Assembly (NCBI GenBank): GCA_963757935.1
Contig: CAVWSZ010000008.1
Coordinates: forward strand, 119,889 to 183,888
Origin: an uncultured Bacteroidales bacterium
Lineage (GTDB): Bacteria > Bacteroidota > Bacteroidia > Bacteroidales > VadinHA17
Direction: 5' to 3'
Length of the DNA stretch: 64,000 nt
The notes below the pieces were generated by a model that saw only the letters and a program-made list of their open reading frames with translations, did no database searches and had not been told where the DNA came from. Below, in pieces: positions 20,593 to 30,123 of this stretch (within the stretch, counting starts at the first letter, position 1; every line of letters begins with the position of its first letter). The position numbers and the translations under genes were made by a program.

Positions 20593-21600
20593 TCATTCAA
20601 AAGTCAATCCTGTAAAATAGAGGTCGTAACCTCCCTTGCCACCCGGTCTGTCTGACGAAAACACCATGAAAGGATTTTCAAACTGCAGATCTGTGCCTGT
20701 AACCGGACGGTATTCGTTGTATGAACTGTTGATCTTCGGTCCCATATTCACCGGTGTGCTCCATTTTCCGCCCCTGAAAACGGAATAATAAAGGTCCTGA
20801 CCGCCCATTCCTCCGGGCATATCAGAAACAAATACGAGATATCTGCCTGAAACAAACGGACATTTTTCATTATGCGGGGTTTTCAGGCTGTCTACCGCCA
20901 TGGGTGACGCCGCCGGACTGAGGAACCACTCATTTACAGTTTTTGCCGCCGGCCTTATAAGCATGTAAATGTCGAAGTTTCCATCCCTGTTGGAACAGAA
21001 ATATGCAGTATCGAAGCCAGGATCCAGTGACAGGTATGCATCATCGGACGAGGAATTGAACAAAGTTGCAGGCACCGGATCAGGAATGGTTGGGAGAGCG
21101 GAAAAAGCCGGGGTGAATCCTGAATAGACAATGTCAAGGCCCCTGCCGGCAACTTCCGTGGCAGTCGCCATGTACTCAAGCCCGTCTTCGGAATTGAAGA
21201 ACCTGTAAGGCCCGAAGTCGTTTGAAGGAGTGTTGAACTTTGCGGTCAGTGCAGTGAGAAAGCCGTCCTGGGAGATACCGCTTTGAAGCAGGAACAAGCC
21301 GGAGGTCTGCCCGAAACTGTAGCCGATCATCCCGTAAACAAGATCAAATGTTCCTCCGGATGTCGCGCGGTTGGATGAAAATACTATCGGACGGGAATCA
21401 GACAGGACTCCGTATTCACCGCTCCAAATATCCGAATTGTAATCGTCATAAGGGGAGTTGAGACCTTCAAGCACAATTGCAGAATCAGGGAAGACACCCA
21501 TCGGGTAATTCAACACAGGCGGATTGTCTTTTTTGCATCCGGCAATTAAAGTTATGGCAATTACAGTCAGGACTGTGCGCAATAAAACTCTTAGATTCAT
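20593..21600 (-). CDS. Lipoprotein with TolB-like (PD40) beta-propeller repeats
   Basis: Lipobox LIAGC. Repeats VFSSNRATSGGTFDLVY, YFCSNRDGNFDIYM, VFVSDMPGGMGGQDLYY, VFSSDRPGGKGGYDLYF. Confidence 0.65.
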   Translation of the reverse strand: MNLRVLLRTVLTVIAITLIAGCKKDNPPVLNYPMGVFPDSAIVLEGLNSPYDDYNSDIWSGEYGVLSDSRPIVFSSNRATSGGTFDLVYGMIGYSFGQTSGLFLLQSGISQDGFLTALTAKFNTPSNDFGPYRFFNSEDGLEYMATATEVAGRGLDIVYSGFTPAFSALPTIPDPVPATLFNSSSDDAYLSLDPGFDTAYFCSNRDGNFDIYMLIRPAAKTVNEWFLSPAASPMAVDSLKTPHNEKCPFVSGRYLVFVSDMPGGMGGQDLYYSVFRGGKWSTPVNMGPKINSSYNEYRPVTGTDLQFENPFMVFSSDRPGGKGGYDLYFTGLTFE

Positions 21601-21656
21601 GTTTTCAACTTTTTGTATTGCCTCATATCAAAGATACTAAATATCAGGGCATAAGC

Positions 21657-21683
21657 AAAAAAACCGGGCAAGAGGCCCGGTTT
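21657..21683 (-). terminator. Terminator-like hairpin on the minus strand, upstream of the lipoprotein gene
   Basis: Stem aaaccgggc / gcccggttt with a 5-nt loop. A U7 tract follows on the minus strand. No annotated minus-strand gene ends here. Confidence 0.4.
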
Positions 21684-21887
21684 CAGAAGGTAGAATTTAG
21701 GTTAATTCTAGGGTAATATTGGGTTTGAGGGTAAATCTGTTTCTGATTCAATTATAAGATGCAAAGATTGCCTCCATGGTTGCGTCAGCTGAAAATTAAT
21801 TTCCAACACCCTGTAAGTCATGTTTATAAAAATTGTTGCCTGTTGATAATTGGATAGCCGGAAGTGTTCAGGTGTGACAATATGTAT

Positions 21888-21895
21888 TACATTTG
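21888..21895 (+). promoter_or_regulatory. -7 promoter box TACATTTG for the TPR-comA-aroE unit
   Basis: TAnnTTTG match 19 nt upstream of the ATG at 21914. Confidence 0.45.
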
Positions 21896-21913
21896 CACAA
21901 TATTTCGTGGGAA

Positions 21914-23326
21914 ATGGAAGAAGAAAGGTACGGATTTGTACATGACAGTGAGGTGGAAGAGGTGATCCTTCGTTTTGAGAAGATGCGGAAGAATAAGGAG
22001 TCATGCTACTTCGATGTAATTGAATTTGAGGCGATAATAGATTATTATCTCGAGGGAAATAACCCGATGAACGCTTATGAGGCAATGTCATTTGCCTGCG
22101 AGCTGCATCCTCATTCAGTTCCTATCCAGGTTCGCAAGGCAAGAGTATTTCTCGAAAAGGGAAGGGCTCTTGAGGCCCTTACAATCGTAAGGCGGATCGA
22201 GAATATCGAACCCGGCAATTATGAGATTTATATAATTAAGGGAACAGCCCTTGCAATGCTGGGTGATATCAGCGGGGCACAGAAGATTTTCGACCTAGCC
22301 CTGCTTTCGGATGAGGATGACCAGGAGACGATACTTTACAGCATCACCTCGGTTCTGCAGAACCTGAACTATTACGAGCAGATGATTCCCTACCTGCACA
22401 GGCTGGCGGACCTTGAACCTGATTTTGCGGCTCATATTTATGACCTCGCCTATGCCTACGAGAAAAGGGGTGATTTTGAAAACAGCATAAAATATTACTG
22501 CCGGTATCTCGATGAAGAGCCAAATTCTGACAGCGCCTGGTACAATCTTGGCATAATATACAATAAAACAGGCGATTACGATAATGCAATCAATGCATAT
22601 GACTACGCTCTTGCGGTAAATCCTGAAAACACTTTCGCCCTGTTTAACAAGGCGAATATCCTCTCCAACCTTGAAAAGTATAACGAGGCCATGGAGGTCT
22701 ACCGCGAGTTTGTAAATGAGGAGCCTGAAAGCCTGGAGGGCCTTACATATCTTGCAGAGTGTTATGACAAGATCGGGAATGAGGAGATGGCAAAGAAGTA
22801 TTATTTTGAAGCCATCGAACTGACTCCCGAATTCCCGGACCCCTGGTTCGGACTTGGGCTGCTGGCTCTTACCCGTGACAAGGCATCGGAGAGCCAGCCT
22901 TATTTCAGGAAGGCCATCGAACTTGACAGCAACAATCCTGATTACTGGTTCTCGCTCGGGAAATCGCATATTATGCTCAGCGATCTTAAACAGGCACTGA
23001 AATGCTTCCGGGAGACACTCAGGCTGGATGCCTACTTCGATGATGCATGGATAGAAACGGGTATGATAATTATGATGACCGGAGCCTTCGGCAAGGCAAT
23101 CCGCCTGCTTGAAGAAATAAGGCTTATTAACGGTGATGTCCCCGGTATCTGGTACCTTCTTGCTTCATGTTACCTCCAGACCGGGAAAAACAGGGAAGCC
23201 ACCGCATGCCTTTCAAGGGCCGCAGAAATTGATCCTGAACTTTTTACCGACTTTTCCATCCTTCTTCCTGAAGAACTGATGAAACCTTCCATGAAGCGGC
23301 TTTTTGCCCGGAAAAAGAAAAAATAG
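21914..23326 (+). CDS. Tetratricopeptide-repeat protein
   Basis: Many TPR units (AWYNLGIIYNKTGDYDNAINAYDYALAVNPEN and others). The ORF-track start at 21893 is a TTG inside the promoter box, so the ATG at 21914 is preferred. Confidence 0.8.
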   Translation: MEEERYGFVHDSEVEEVILRFEKMRKNKESCYFDVIEFEAIIDYYLEGNNPMNAYEAMSFACELHPHSVPIQVRKARVFLEKGRALEALTIVRRIENIEPGNYEIYIIKGTALAMLGDISGAQKIFDLALLSDEDDQETILYSITSVLQNLNYYEQMIPYLHRLADLEPDFAAHIYDLAYAYEKRGDFENSIKYYCRYLDEEPNSDSAWYNLGIIYNKTGDYDNAINAYDYALAVNPENTFALFNKANILSNLEKYNEAMEVYREFVNEEPESLEGLTYLAECYDKIGNEEMAKKYYFEAIELTPEFPDPWFGLGLLALTRDKASESQPYFRKAIELDSNNPDYWFSLGKSHIMLSDLKQALKCFRETLRLDAYFDDAWIETGMIIMMTGAFGKAIRLLEEIRLINGDVPGIWYLLASCYLQTGKNREATACLSRAAEIDPELFTDFSILLPEELMKPSMKRLFARKKKK

Positions 23327-24106
23327 ATGAAAGACCTCAGAAAACTGCTCACCCACATTCCTGACAGGCCGTCGAAACCAAGGAATGAGGGACTCACAAT
23401 GGTTATGGACAAAGGGCTGAGCCTCAGGGAAGCCGAAGACTTCGCCTCCGTGGGAAGTGAATATACCGATTTTGTGAAACTGGGTTTCGGGACCTCACTG
23501 ATCACCCCGGATGTTGAAAAAAAGATACAGGTATACCATAAGGCAGGAATGAAGGTCTACCTCGGGGGAACACTCTTCGAAGCTTTCATCGCTAGAGGAA
23601 TGTTCGATGAATATGTTGATCTGCTTAAATCAACAGGCATAACAATGGCAGAGGTCTCCGACGGCTCCTTTGACTTTGAACACGAACAGAAACTCGATTA
23701 CATCAGAAGGCTTTCACTTGATTTTACGGTTATCTCTGAGGTTGGATCGAAGAAGAAAAATGTTGTCTTTTCTCACAATCAATGGGTGAAGATGATGCGG
23801 GCAGAGCTCGACGCCGGATCCGTCAAGGTAATAGCAGAAGCCCGTGAGACTGGGACAGTCGGTATCTATAATGACGACGGATCTGTCCATACCGGACTGA
23901 TTAACTCCATTTCAAAACACGTCGGCTTTAACAACGTTCTCTGGGAAGCGCCGCAGAAGTCGCAGCAGGCCTGGTTCATCCTGAACTTCGGGGCAAATGT
24001 CAATCTGGGCAATATTGCACCGTACGAGATTATTCCGCTGGAGTCGCTCAGACTGGGGCTGAGAGGCGATACCTTTTTCAGCTTTCTTCCGGCAGAACTG
24101 AAATGA
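23327..24106 (+). CDS. comA: Phosphosulfolactate synthase family protein (ComA-like)
   Basis: RPSKPRNEGLTMVMDKG, YTDFVKLGFGTS, ISEVGSKK, AEARETGTVGIY, LWEAPQKSQQAWFI..VNLGNI, LESLRLGLRGDT. Confidence 0.8.
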   Translation: MKDLRKLLTHIPDRPSKPRNEGLTMVMDKGLSLREAEDFASVGSEYTDFVKLGFGTSLITPDVEKKIQVYHKAGMKVYLGGTLFEAFIARGMFDEYVDLLKSTGITMAEVSDGSFDFEHEQKLDYIRRLSLDFTVISEVGSKKKNVVFSHNQWVKMMRAELDAGSVKVIAEARETGTVGIYNDDGSVHTGLINSISKHVGFNNVLWEAPQKSQQAWFILNFGANVNLGNIAPYEIIPLESLRLGLRGDTFFSFLPAELK

Positions 24107-24855
24107 AACTTTTCGGCATCATAGGATATCCTCTGGGTCATTCATTCTCGGAGCGCTATTTTACTGACAAATTCGCAAGGGAAGAACTTGCAGACCACCG
24201 ATACCGTAAATTTGAACTTCCTTCTCTTGAGATGCTCCCTGAATTGCTTGAACAGGAAAATGACCTCGTCGGGTTTAATGTTACCATACCTTATAAGGTA
24301 CAGATAATCAAATATCTGAATGAGGTAGACGAGGCGGCTGCAGAGATAGGTGCCGTAAACACAGTCAGGGTCTCACGCAGAAACGGTAAACCTTATCTTA
24401 AAGGGTTCAATACTGATGCCCCCGCATTCAGACAGTCACTTCTCGATAACCTGTTGTCACTTCCTGAATCTGCAGTGGTACTTGGAACCGGAGGTGCCTC
24501 AAGAAGCGTGTGCCATGAACTTTTGGAACTTGGTATCAGGGTAATAACAGTATCCAGAAAACCTGCAGCAGGCATATTTACATATCAGGACCTCCCCGGA
24601 GAAGTCTTGGGTTCGGCAGGAGTTGTGGTCAACACCACACCGGTAGGCACATTTCCGGACATCGGAGCCTCACCCCCGATAGACTACAGCTGCCTCAGAG
24701 AAGGACAACTGCTTTTTGACCTGGTTTATAACCCGCCGCAGACAAGTTTCCTGAGGCTGGGAGAGGAGCAGGGATGCCAGACCGTAAATGGGGAAGATAT
24801 GTTTCATCTTCAGGCTGAGATGGCCTGGGAGATATGGAACAGCGAATCTAAATAA
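24103..24855 (+). CDS. aroE: Shikimate dehydrogenase
   Basis: FGIIGYPLGHSFS, FNVTIPYK, GAVNT, LGTGGASRSV. The ATGA start overlaps the comA stop. Confidence 0.87.
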   Translation: MKLFGIIGYPLGHSFSERYFTDKFAREELADHRYRKFELPSLEMLPELLEQENDLVGFNVTIPYKVQIIKYLNEVDEAAAEIGAVNTVRVSRRNGKPYLKGFNTDAPAFRQSLLDNLLSLPESAVVLGTGGASRSVCHELLELGIRVITVSRKPAAGIFTYQDLPGEVLGSAGVVVNTTPVGTFPDIGASPPIDYSCLREGQLLFDLVYNPPQTSFLRLGEEQGCQTVNGEDMFHLQAEMAWEIWNSESK

Positions 24856-25303
24856 AAACAGCCGGTGGATATTTGATATCCGTAAGCGATAATCCGTGTG
24901 CGGGAGCCGACTGTCCTGCAAGTCCGCGGTCACGGCCCTTGATAATTTCCTCAAACTCAATTATTGACAGTTTTCCTCTTCCCACCTGCACCAGCGTACC
25001 GGTGATTGCCCTTACCATATTCCTGAGGAACCTGTCGGCCGTGATCGTGAAGACAAGCCTGCCGGGCATCTCCTCCCACGAGGCTTCGGTAACTTTGCAG
25101 ATATTGGTTTTGTTCCCTCCGTGAAGCCTGCTGAAGCTTGTGAAGTCGCTGTGATCCAGAAGGAGGGATGAAGCCAGGTTGAGCTGTCCGATGTCAGTCT
25201 TCCAGTAGAGCAACCAGGCTGTGTCGGCCAGAAACGGGTCCTTCACGGTTGGCAAAAGTGTACCTGTAAGTCCTGGAGAGTGCATCAAATCGGGCATGCG
25301 CAT
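24848..25303 (-). CDS. truA: tRNA pseudouridine(38-40) synthase TruA, C-terminal fragment
   Basis: HDFTSFSRL...RFLRNMVRAITGTLVQVGRGK. Confidence 0.85.
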   Translation of the reverse strand: MRMPDLMHSPGLTGTLLPTVKDPFLADTAWLLYWKTDIGQLNLASSLLLDHSDFTSFSRLHGGNKTNICKVTEASWEEMPGRLVFTITADRFLRNMVRAITGTLVQVGRGKLSIIEFEEIIKGRDRGLAGQSAPAHGLSLTDIKYPPAVFI

Positions 25304-25472
25304 CGTCCTTCACCCTGGCTATACGGCTTACTGCTATATCTTCGGGCAGAAAACCGTTCAGCCTGTAAAGAAAGGTCATATCTCCCGGCAAGGGTGTCAG
25401 TTGCGGAGTCAAAATGTGCACAGAAGAACTCGGCATGCACACCGGTGTCTGTCCGTCCCGCTCCTGTAACAT
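25194..25472 (-). CDS. truA: TruA, middle fragment
   Basis: LNGFLPEDIAVSRIARVKDDAHARFDALSRTYRY. Bounded by +1 insertions near 25400 and 25260. Confidence 0.8.
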   Translation of the reverse strand: MLQERDGQTPVCMPSSSVHILTPQLTPLPGDMTFLYRLNGFLPEDIAVSRIARVKDDAHARFDALSRTYRYTFANREGPVSGRHSLVALLED

Positions 25473-25611
25473 TTATGTTCTCGCTCAGCAGGGTGCTGAG
25501 TGCCCTGTTGATCACTTCCTGGACAGTAGGTTTACCGGGTTGCAGTTGCCATCCGTGATAGGCAGTGCCCCTGAAGGAGAGAAAAATGAAGTACCTCGAT
25601 ACCTGTGCCAT
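25285..25611 (-). CDS. truA: TruA, N-terminal fragment. Start taken at the MAQVSRYF Met.
   Basis: YFIFLSFRGTAYHGWQ and the catalytic GAGRTDTGVHA. Confidence 0.85.
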   Translation of the reverse strand: MAQVSRYFIFLSFRGTAYHGWQLQPGKPTVQEVINRALSTLLSENINVTGAGRTDTGVHAEFFCAHFDSATDTLAGRYDLSLQAERFSARRYSSKPYSQGEGRCACPI

Positions 25612-25699
25612 ATGCCGTAAAGATAGAAAAAAGAGGCTGCCCGGCATTGATCTGCCGCGGTCTTTTCACTAAATTGCGGCTCAAACAAACTGACTGGCT

Positions 25700-26518
25700 A
25701 TGATGGCGGAGACTATTAAACGGGGATTTGCAAGCGACAATAATTCGGGAGTTCACCCTGATGTTATGGAACAGATAGCCCGGGTGAACCGCGGCCATGT
25801 GGTCGGCTACGGCGGCGACCGGTATACGGAACAGGCTCAGGAAATGCTCAGGGAGCACCTGGGAAGTGAAGCTGAAATATTTTTTGTCTTTACCGGGACT
25901 GCAGCCAACGTTCTCGGGCTTGCAGGCGTGACGCAATCATGGAACTCGGTCATCACAGCAAGTACCGCACATATTGAACAGGATGAGTGCGGTGCACCTG
26001 AAAAATTCACCGGCTGCAAGGTGCTTACAGTCGATACTCCCGACGGCAAACTGAGGACCGGATATCTCACCAGGCACATGCACGGCTTCGATTTTGAACA
26101 TCACAGTCAGCCGAAGGTAATTTCTGTTTCCCAGGTAACTGAAATGGGTACCGTATACACTGTTGAGGAGATAAGGGCCCTGGCAGACTATGCCCACAAC
26201 CACGGTCTGCTTTTGCATATGGACGGTGCCCGCCTTGCCAATGCTGCGGTTTCACTGAACCTCCCGTTCAGGGCATTTACAACCGATGCCGGGGTCGACA
26301 TACTCTCTTTCGGGGGTACCAAGAACGGTATGATGTACGGCGAGGCTGTCTGTTTTCTGCAGCCCGGGACTGGCGGATGGATTCAAATACCTCCGCAAGC
26401 AGGGGATGCAGCTGGCCTCCAAGATGCGCTTCATAGCAGCACAGTATACAGCCTACCTTACCCACGACCTCTGGAAAGAGTGTGCAGGGCATTCGAACAG
26501 CATGGCGCTGGAGCTTGA
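25700..26518 (+). CDS. ltaE: Low-specificity threonine aldolase, N-terminal fragment. +1 insertion near 26367.
   Basis: FASDNNSGVHPDVM, FTGTAANVL, HMDGARLANA, FGGTKNG. Confidence 0.8.
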   Translation: MMAETIKRGFASDNNSGVHPDVMEQIARVNRGHVVGYGGDRYTEQAQEMLREHLGSEAEIFFVFTGTAANVLGLAGVTQSWNSVITASTAHIEQDECGAPEKFTGCKVLTVDTPDGKLRTGYLTRHMHGFDFEHHSQPKVISVSQVTEMGTVYTVEEIRALADYAHNHGLLLHMDGARLANAAVSLNLPFRAFTTDAGVDILSFGGTKNGMMYGEAVCFLQPGTGGWIQIPPQAGDAAGLQDALHSSTVYSLPYPRPLERVCRAFEQHGAGA

Positions 26519-26750
26519 AAAGAGGCTATCCCTGATAGGCGGGCTGAAAATAACCCAGAAGGTCGAATCGAACGGGATCTTCGTTATTATGCCGCGTGAA
26601 GTGGCTGAAACGCTGCGCAGGGAGTATTTCTTCTATCCGTGGAACGAGGAGCTGTCAGAATACAGGCTCATGACAAGCTGGGATACGTCGCTTGACGAAA
26701 TTGAACATTTTTCAAAACGCCTTGATGAACTGATGCATCCCGGGAAGTAG
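26406..26750 (+). CDS. ltaE: Threonine aldolase, C-terminal fragment
   Basis: MQLASKMRFIAAQ...TNGIFV-like tail continues in the +1 frame. Confidence 0.8.
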   Translation: MQLASKMRFIAAQYTAYLTHDLWKECAGHSNSMALELEKRLSLIGGLKITQKVESNGIFVIMPREVAETLRREYFFYPWNEELSEYRLMTSWDTSLDEIEHFSKRLDELMHPGK

Positions 26751-26774
26751 TCCCGGAATATTCGGATTGGTCAG

Positions 26775-27131
26775 CTATTCGTAGGGATCGGCCTCTGTGG
26801 TCTTGCCGAACTCCCAGTAATCTCCGGTCGTGTCTCCTTCCTGTTGTCTCCAGTAAGCCGGTGAAACCACATTCCCGTCGGCCCTGTGCAGGGTCCTTTC
26901 ATAAATCGCGTAAACCGGATTGAAGATGATGTCAGTCACTCCCAGGGTGTATGTTACGGCATTGCTTCCCTCAGCTGGGGCATCCTCCCTGATCTTTACT
27001 TCCAGCCCGTTGAATGTCAGCAGTTCACGAAGAAATGTCATCCGCTCTGCTGAAATCCCGCTTTCGACTAAAGTGCAGCGTACACCGTCAATCTCTGTAA
27101 TCTGATGCTTTGCAATGGTAAGTGATCCCAT
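26775..27131 (-). CDS. Hypothetical protein encoded as the last cistron behind nuoN
   Basis: Intact 118-aa ORF. Its ATG lies 11 nt after the nuoN stop on the same strand. No recognisable motif. Confidence 0.5.
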   Translation of the reverse strand: MGSLTIAKHQITEIDGVRCTLVESGISAERMTFLRELLTFNGLEVKIREDAPAEGSNAVTYTLGVTDIIFNPVYAIYERTLHRADGNVVSPAYWRQQEGDTTGDYWEFGKTTEADPYE

Positions 27132-27142
27132 GTTTTCCCAGT

Positions 27143-28565
27143 TTAAATTCCGTAGCTCATATTCCTTATCATCTCGAAGATACCGCTTGCGAAGCCTGTT
27201 ATTACAATGCCTGCAATACAGATGGCCAGACCCAGTTTAGTCATGTTGTCACTCCTGAAACGGGCAATCGGATCTTCATTCTTGTTGATGAACATGGCTT
27301 TCACGACCAGCAGGTAGTAATAGAGACCTATGATCGTATTCAGGACAGCTATTGTGACCAGAAGGTAATACTCTTTTTCCGCGGCAGCCATAAAGAGGAA
27401 GAATTTACCGAAGAATCCGGCAACAGGAGGTATGCCTGCAAGTGAAAAGAGGGCAATCATCATTACAAGGCTCAGCGCGGGATTGGTTCTGTAAAGGCCG
27501 TTGTACTCATCCATGCTTTCCTTCCCGGTCTGATTTGAAATGGCAGCCACAACACCGAATGCAGCCAGATTGGAGAAGATATAGATCAGCGCATAATAGA
27601 TCACGGTGGTCATCCCCAGTTCATTGCCTCCGATGAACCCCAGGAGGAAGAACCCTGCCTGGGCTATGGATGAGAAGGCAAGAAATCTCTTCATGTTTTT
27701 CTGCCTGATAGCGAAGAGGTTGCCTATTGTCATCGTAAGTACTGCTATAACCCAGATTATGCGTTCCCAGGTATGGATTATTACCGGGAAGACTGTGAAG
27801 AGTACTATCACGAAAATGAATGCTGCAGCACCCTTGCTTATAACTGAGAGGTAAGATGTGATGTTTACCGGAGCGCCTTCATAGACATCAGCCGTCCACA
27901 GATGGAAGGGTACCAGCGACATCTTGAAAGCCATGCCTGCAAAGAAGAAGATAAAGCCCATCACAGTCAGAGGCATTGTGGTAGCCCTTACCGCTATCTC
28001 TGCAAAGTACAGCGATCCTGTAGTCCCGTAAATCATCGAGAGTCCGAAAAGGAGTATGCCTGAAGAGAGCGACGACGAAAGTATAAGCTTAATACCTGCT
28101 TCCGCCGAATTGTTCCTGTACCTTTCAAATGCAGCAAGTGCCGCCAGCGGAATCGTTGCCAGTTCGAGCCCCAGGTAAAACATTATGAAATGACCTGATG
28201 AGATCATGAAGTTCATCCCTATCAGCGTGGAAATGAGAAGCATGAAGTATTCACTGGTCCTGTCAATGTTCTCAGGTTTACCAAGCCATGTATATGACTG
28301 AATCAGGACGATGAGCGTCCCGATGTTTAGAATATTCTTCATCAGAAGGGTAGTCCGGTCTGACCGGAACATGTCACCGAACAGCGATCCCTCAATTCCG
28401 GGAAGGAAGCCCGCCAGCTGTTACAACCGCAAAAAGTATTACGGCTAAACCCCTGAGTTTGCCCTTTTTCTCCTCAGCGGTGAATATCTCACCAATAAGT
28501 ATTATCAGGAAGGCTGCCGTCAGTAGCAGCTCATGACGCATTATTGCAAAGTTCTCCAGACTCAT
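27143..28565 (-). CDS. nuoN: NADH-quinone oxidoreductase subunit N. +1 insertion near 28411; the main ORF is 27143..28372.
   Basis: Polytopic antiporter-like subunit. The N-terminus MSLENFAIMRHELLLTAAF... is recovered in the neighbouring frame. Confidence 0.9.
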
Positions 28566-28605
28566 CTTCGTCTCAGGTTAAATTTTATTCCTGTTATTTT
28601 TCAAA

Positions 28606-30096
28606 TTAAAGCAGTTTGTCTACAATCGGCATCAGGCTGTCCTTGATCATTGTGGCAAGACCCAGCGGTGCCATCCCGATATAAATAATTCCGGCCAGCA
28701 GTGACACAACTGACAGGCTCTCAAACCATTTCGCATCAGTAAGGTTGTCAAAATGATGGTCCTTTATCGGACCAAGAAGAAGTATTGCCACAACCCTCAG
28801 AATATATACAGCCGTGATGACTATTGAAGACACGGCAACAATTGTTGCCACACGGTGGAATAGGTCGGGGTGCTGAAATGCTCCGAAGAAGATCGACATC
28901 TCGGCCACAAAGCCGCTGAAGCCAGGAAGACCCAGTGATGCAAGTCCGGCCATGACATAGATTACTGACAGGAAGGGAATTACCTTCATCAGTCCGCCCA
29001 TCTCATTTATCATCCTTGTATGTGTCCTTCCGTATATCATCCCGATGAGTGCAAAGAAGAGGGCTGTCATCAGTCCGTGCGAGATCATCTGCAGAATGGC
29101 ACCGCCAAGGGCGTGCTGGTTCATCATCAGAACCGCAAATAGGACCAGACCGCAGTGACTCACTGAAGAATAGGCGTTGATGTATTTGAGATCCTTCTGC
29201 ACTATGGCCCCAAAGGCGCCGTATACGACACTTATTGTAGTAAGGATTATAAATATCCAGGCCATCTCATTGGCTGCCTCAGGCATCAGGAACATAGCCA
29301 CCCTGAAGGCACCGTATCCGCCAAGTTTCATCAGCACGCCGGCATGAAGCATTGACACGGCGGTAGGGGCAGAGGCGTGTCCGTCAGGAGACCATGTATG
29401 GAAGGGGAACAGTGCACCCAGTACTCCGAAGCCCACAAATGTAAGCGGGAAGAAAATCCTCTGTGCCGCAATGGGAATAGTGATTTTCGATATCTCGAGT
29501 ATGTTGAATGTGAGCGGTCCACCGTCGGGAGCCGAGTTGAAATATATCCCGATAAGCCCTACCATGAGAAGCGCAGATCCGCCCATAAGCATCAGTGTCA
29601 GCTTCATTGCCGAGTATTCCTTGGGTCCGCTGCCCCATATGCCAATGAGAAGGAACATCGGGATAACAGCAACTTCGTAAAACAGGAACATGGTGAACAG
29701 GTCAAGGGATATGAAGAACCCGAATACCCCTGTGGCAAGCAGTATGAGAGAAATGAAGAACTCCTTCCGCAGATCCTCCATCTCCCATGATGCAAAGATC
29801 CCGGCAAAGACAACAACTGAAGTAAGGGCAATCATGGCCACTGACACACCGTCAACTCCGACAGTATAGTAAATGTGCAGGGTCCTGAACCACTCAAAAC
29901 TGCTTACGAAAAGCATCTCCTCCATGTTGCCTGCCTTTCTTGCTGTCAGGTACATGTAAACAATGACTGCCGAGACTATCAGCTGAACTGACATCCCGAT
30001 AGCTGATACCAGCTTCACCTTACGGGTATCTTTCAGAAAAAGGATCCCCGTAACTGTGAGGAGGGGTATTATTACTAGCCAGCTTAAGATATTCAT
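28606..30096 (-). CDS. nuoM: NADH-quinone oxidoreductase subunit M
   Basis: 496-aa antiporter-like subunit with FPFHTWSPDGHASAPT, in operon order. Confidence 0.92.
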   Translation of the reverse strand: MNILSWLVIIPLLTVTGILFLKDTRKVKLVSAIGMSVQLIVSAVIVYMYLTARKAGNMEEMLFVSSFEWFRTLHIYYTVGVDGVSVAMIALTSVVVFAGIFASWEMEDLRKEFFISLILLATGVFGFFISLDLFTMFLFYEVAVIPMFLLIGIWGSGPKEYSAMKLTLMLMGGSALLMVGLIGIYFNSAPDGGPLTFNILEISKITIPIAAQRIFFPLTFVGFGVLGALFPFHTWSPDGHASAPTAVSMLHAGVLMKLGGYGAFRVAMFLMPEAANEMAWIFIILTTISVVYGAFGAIVQKDLKYINAYSSVSHCGLVLFAVLMMNQHALGGAILQMISHGLMTALFFALIGMIYGRTHTRMINEMGGLMKVIPFLSVIYVMAGLASLGLPGFSGFVAEMSIFFGAFQHPDLFHRVATIVAVSSIVITAVYILRVVAILLLGPIKDHHFDNLTDAKWFESLSVVSLLAGIIYIGMAPLGLATMIKDSLMPIVDKLL

Positions 30097-30123
30097 AATA
30101 TAATATTTATCAATGTCAGAACC

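Noticed and set aside
21708-22091. A 127-aa minus-strand ORF overlapping the TPR gene start and its promoter.
   Set aside because: It has low-complexity, unconserved-looking sequence and is antisense to a well-supported TPR CDS. It is likely a shadow ORF.
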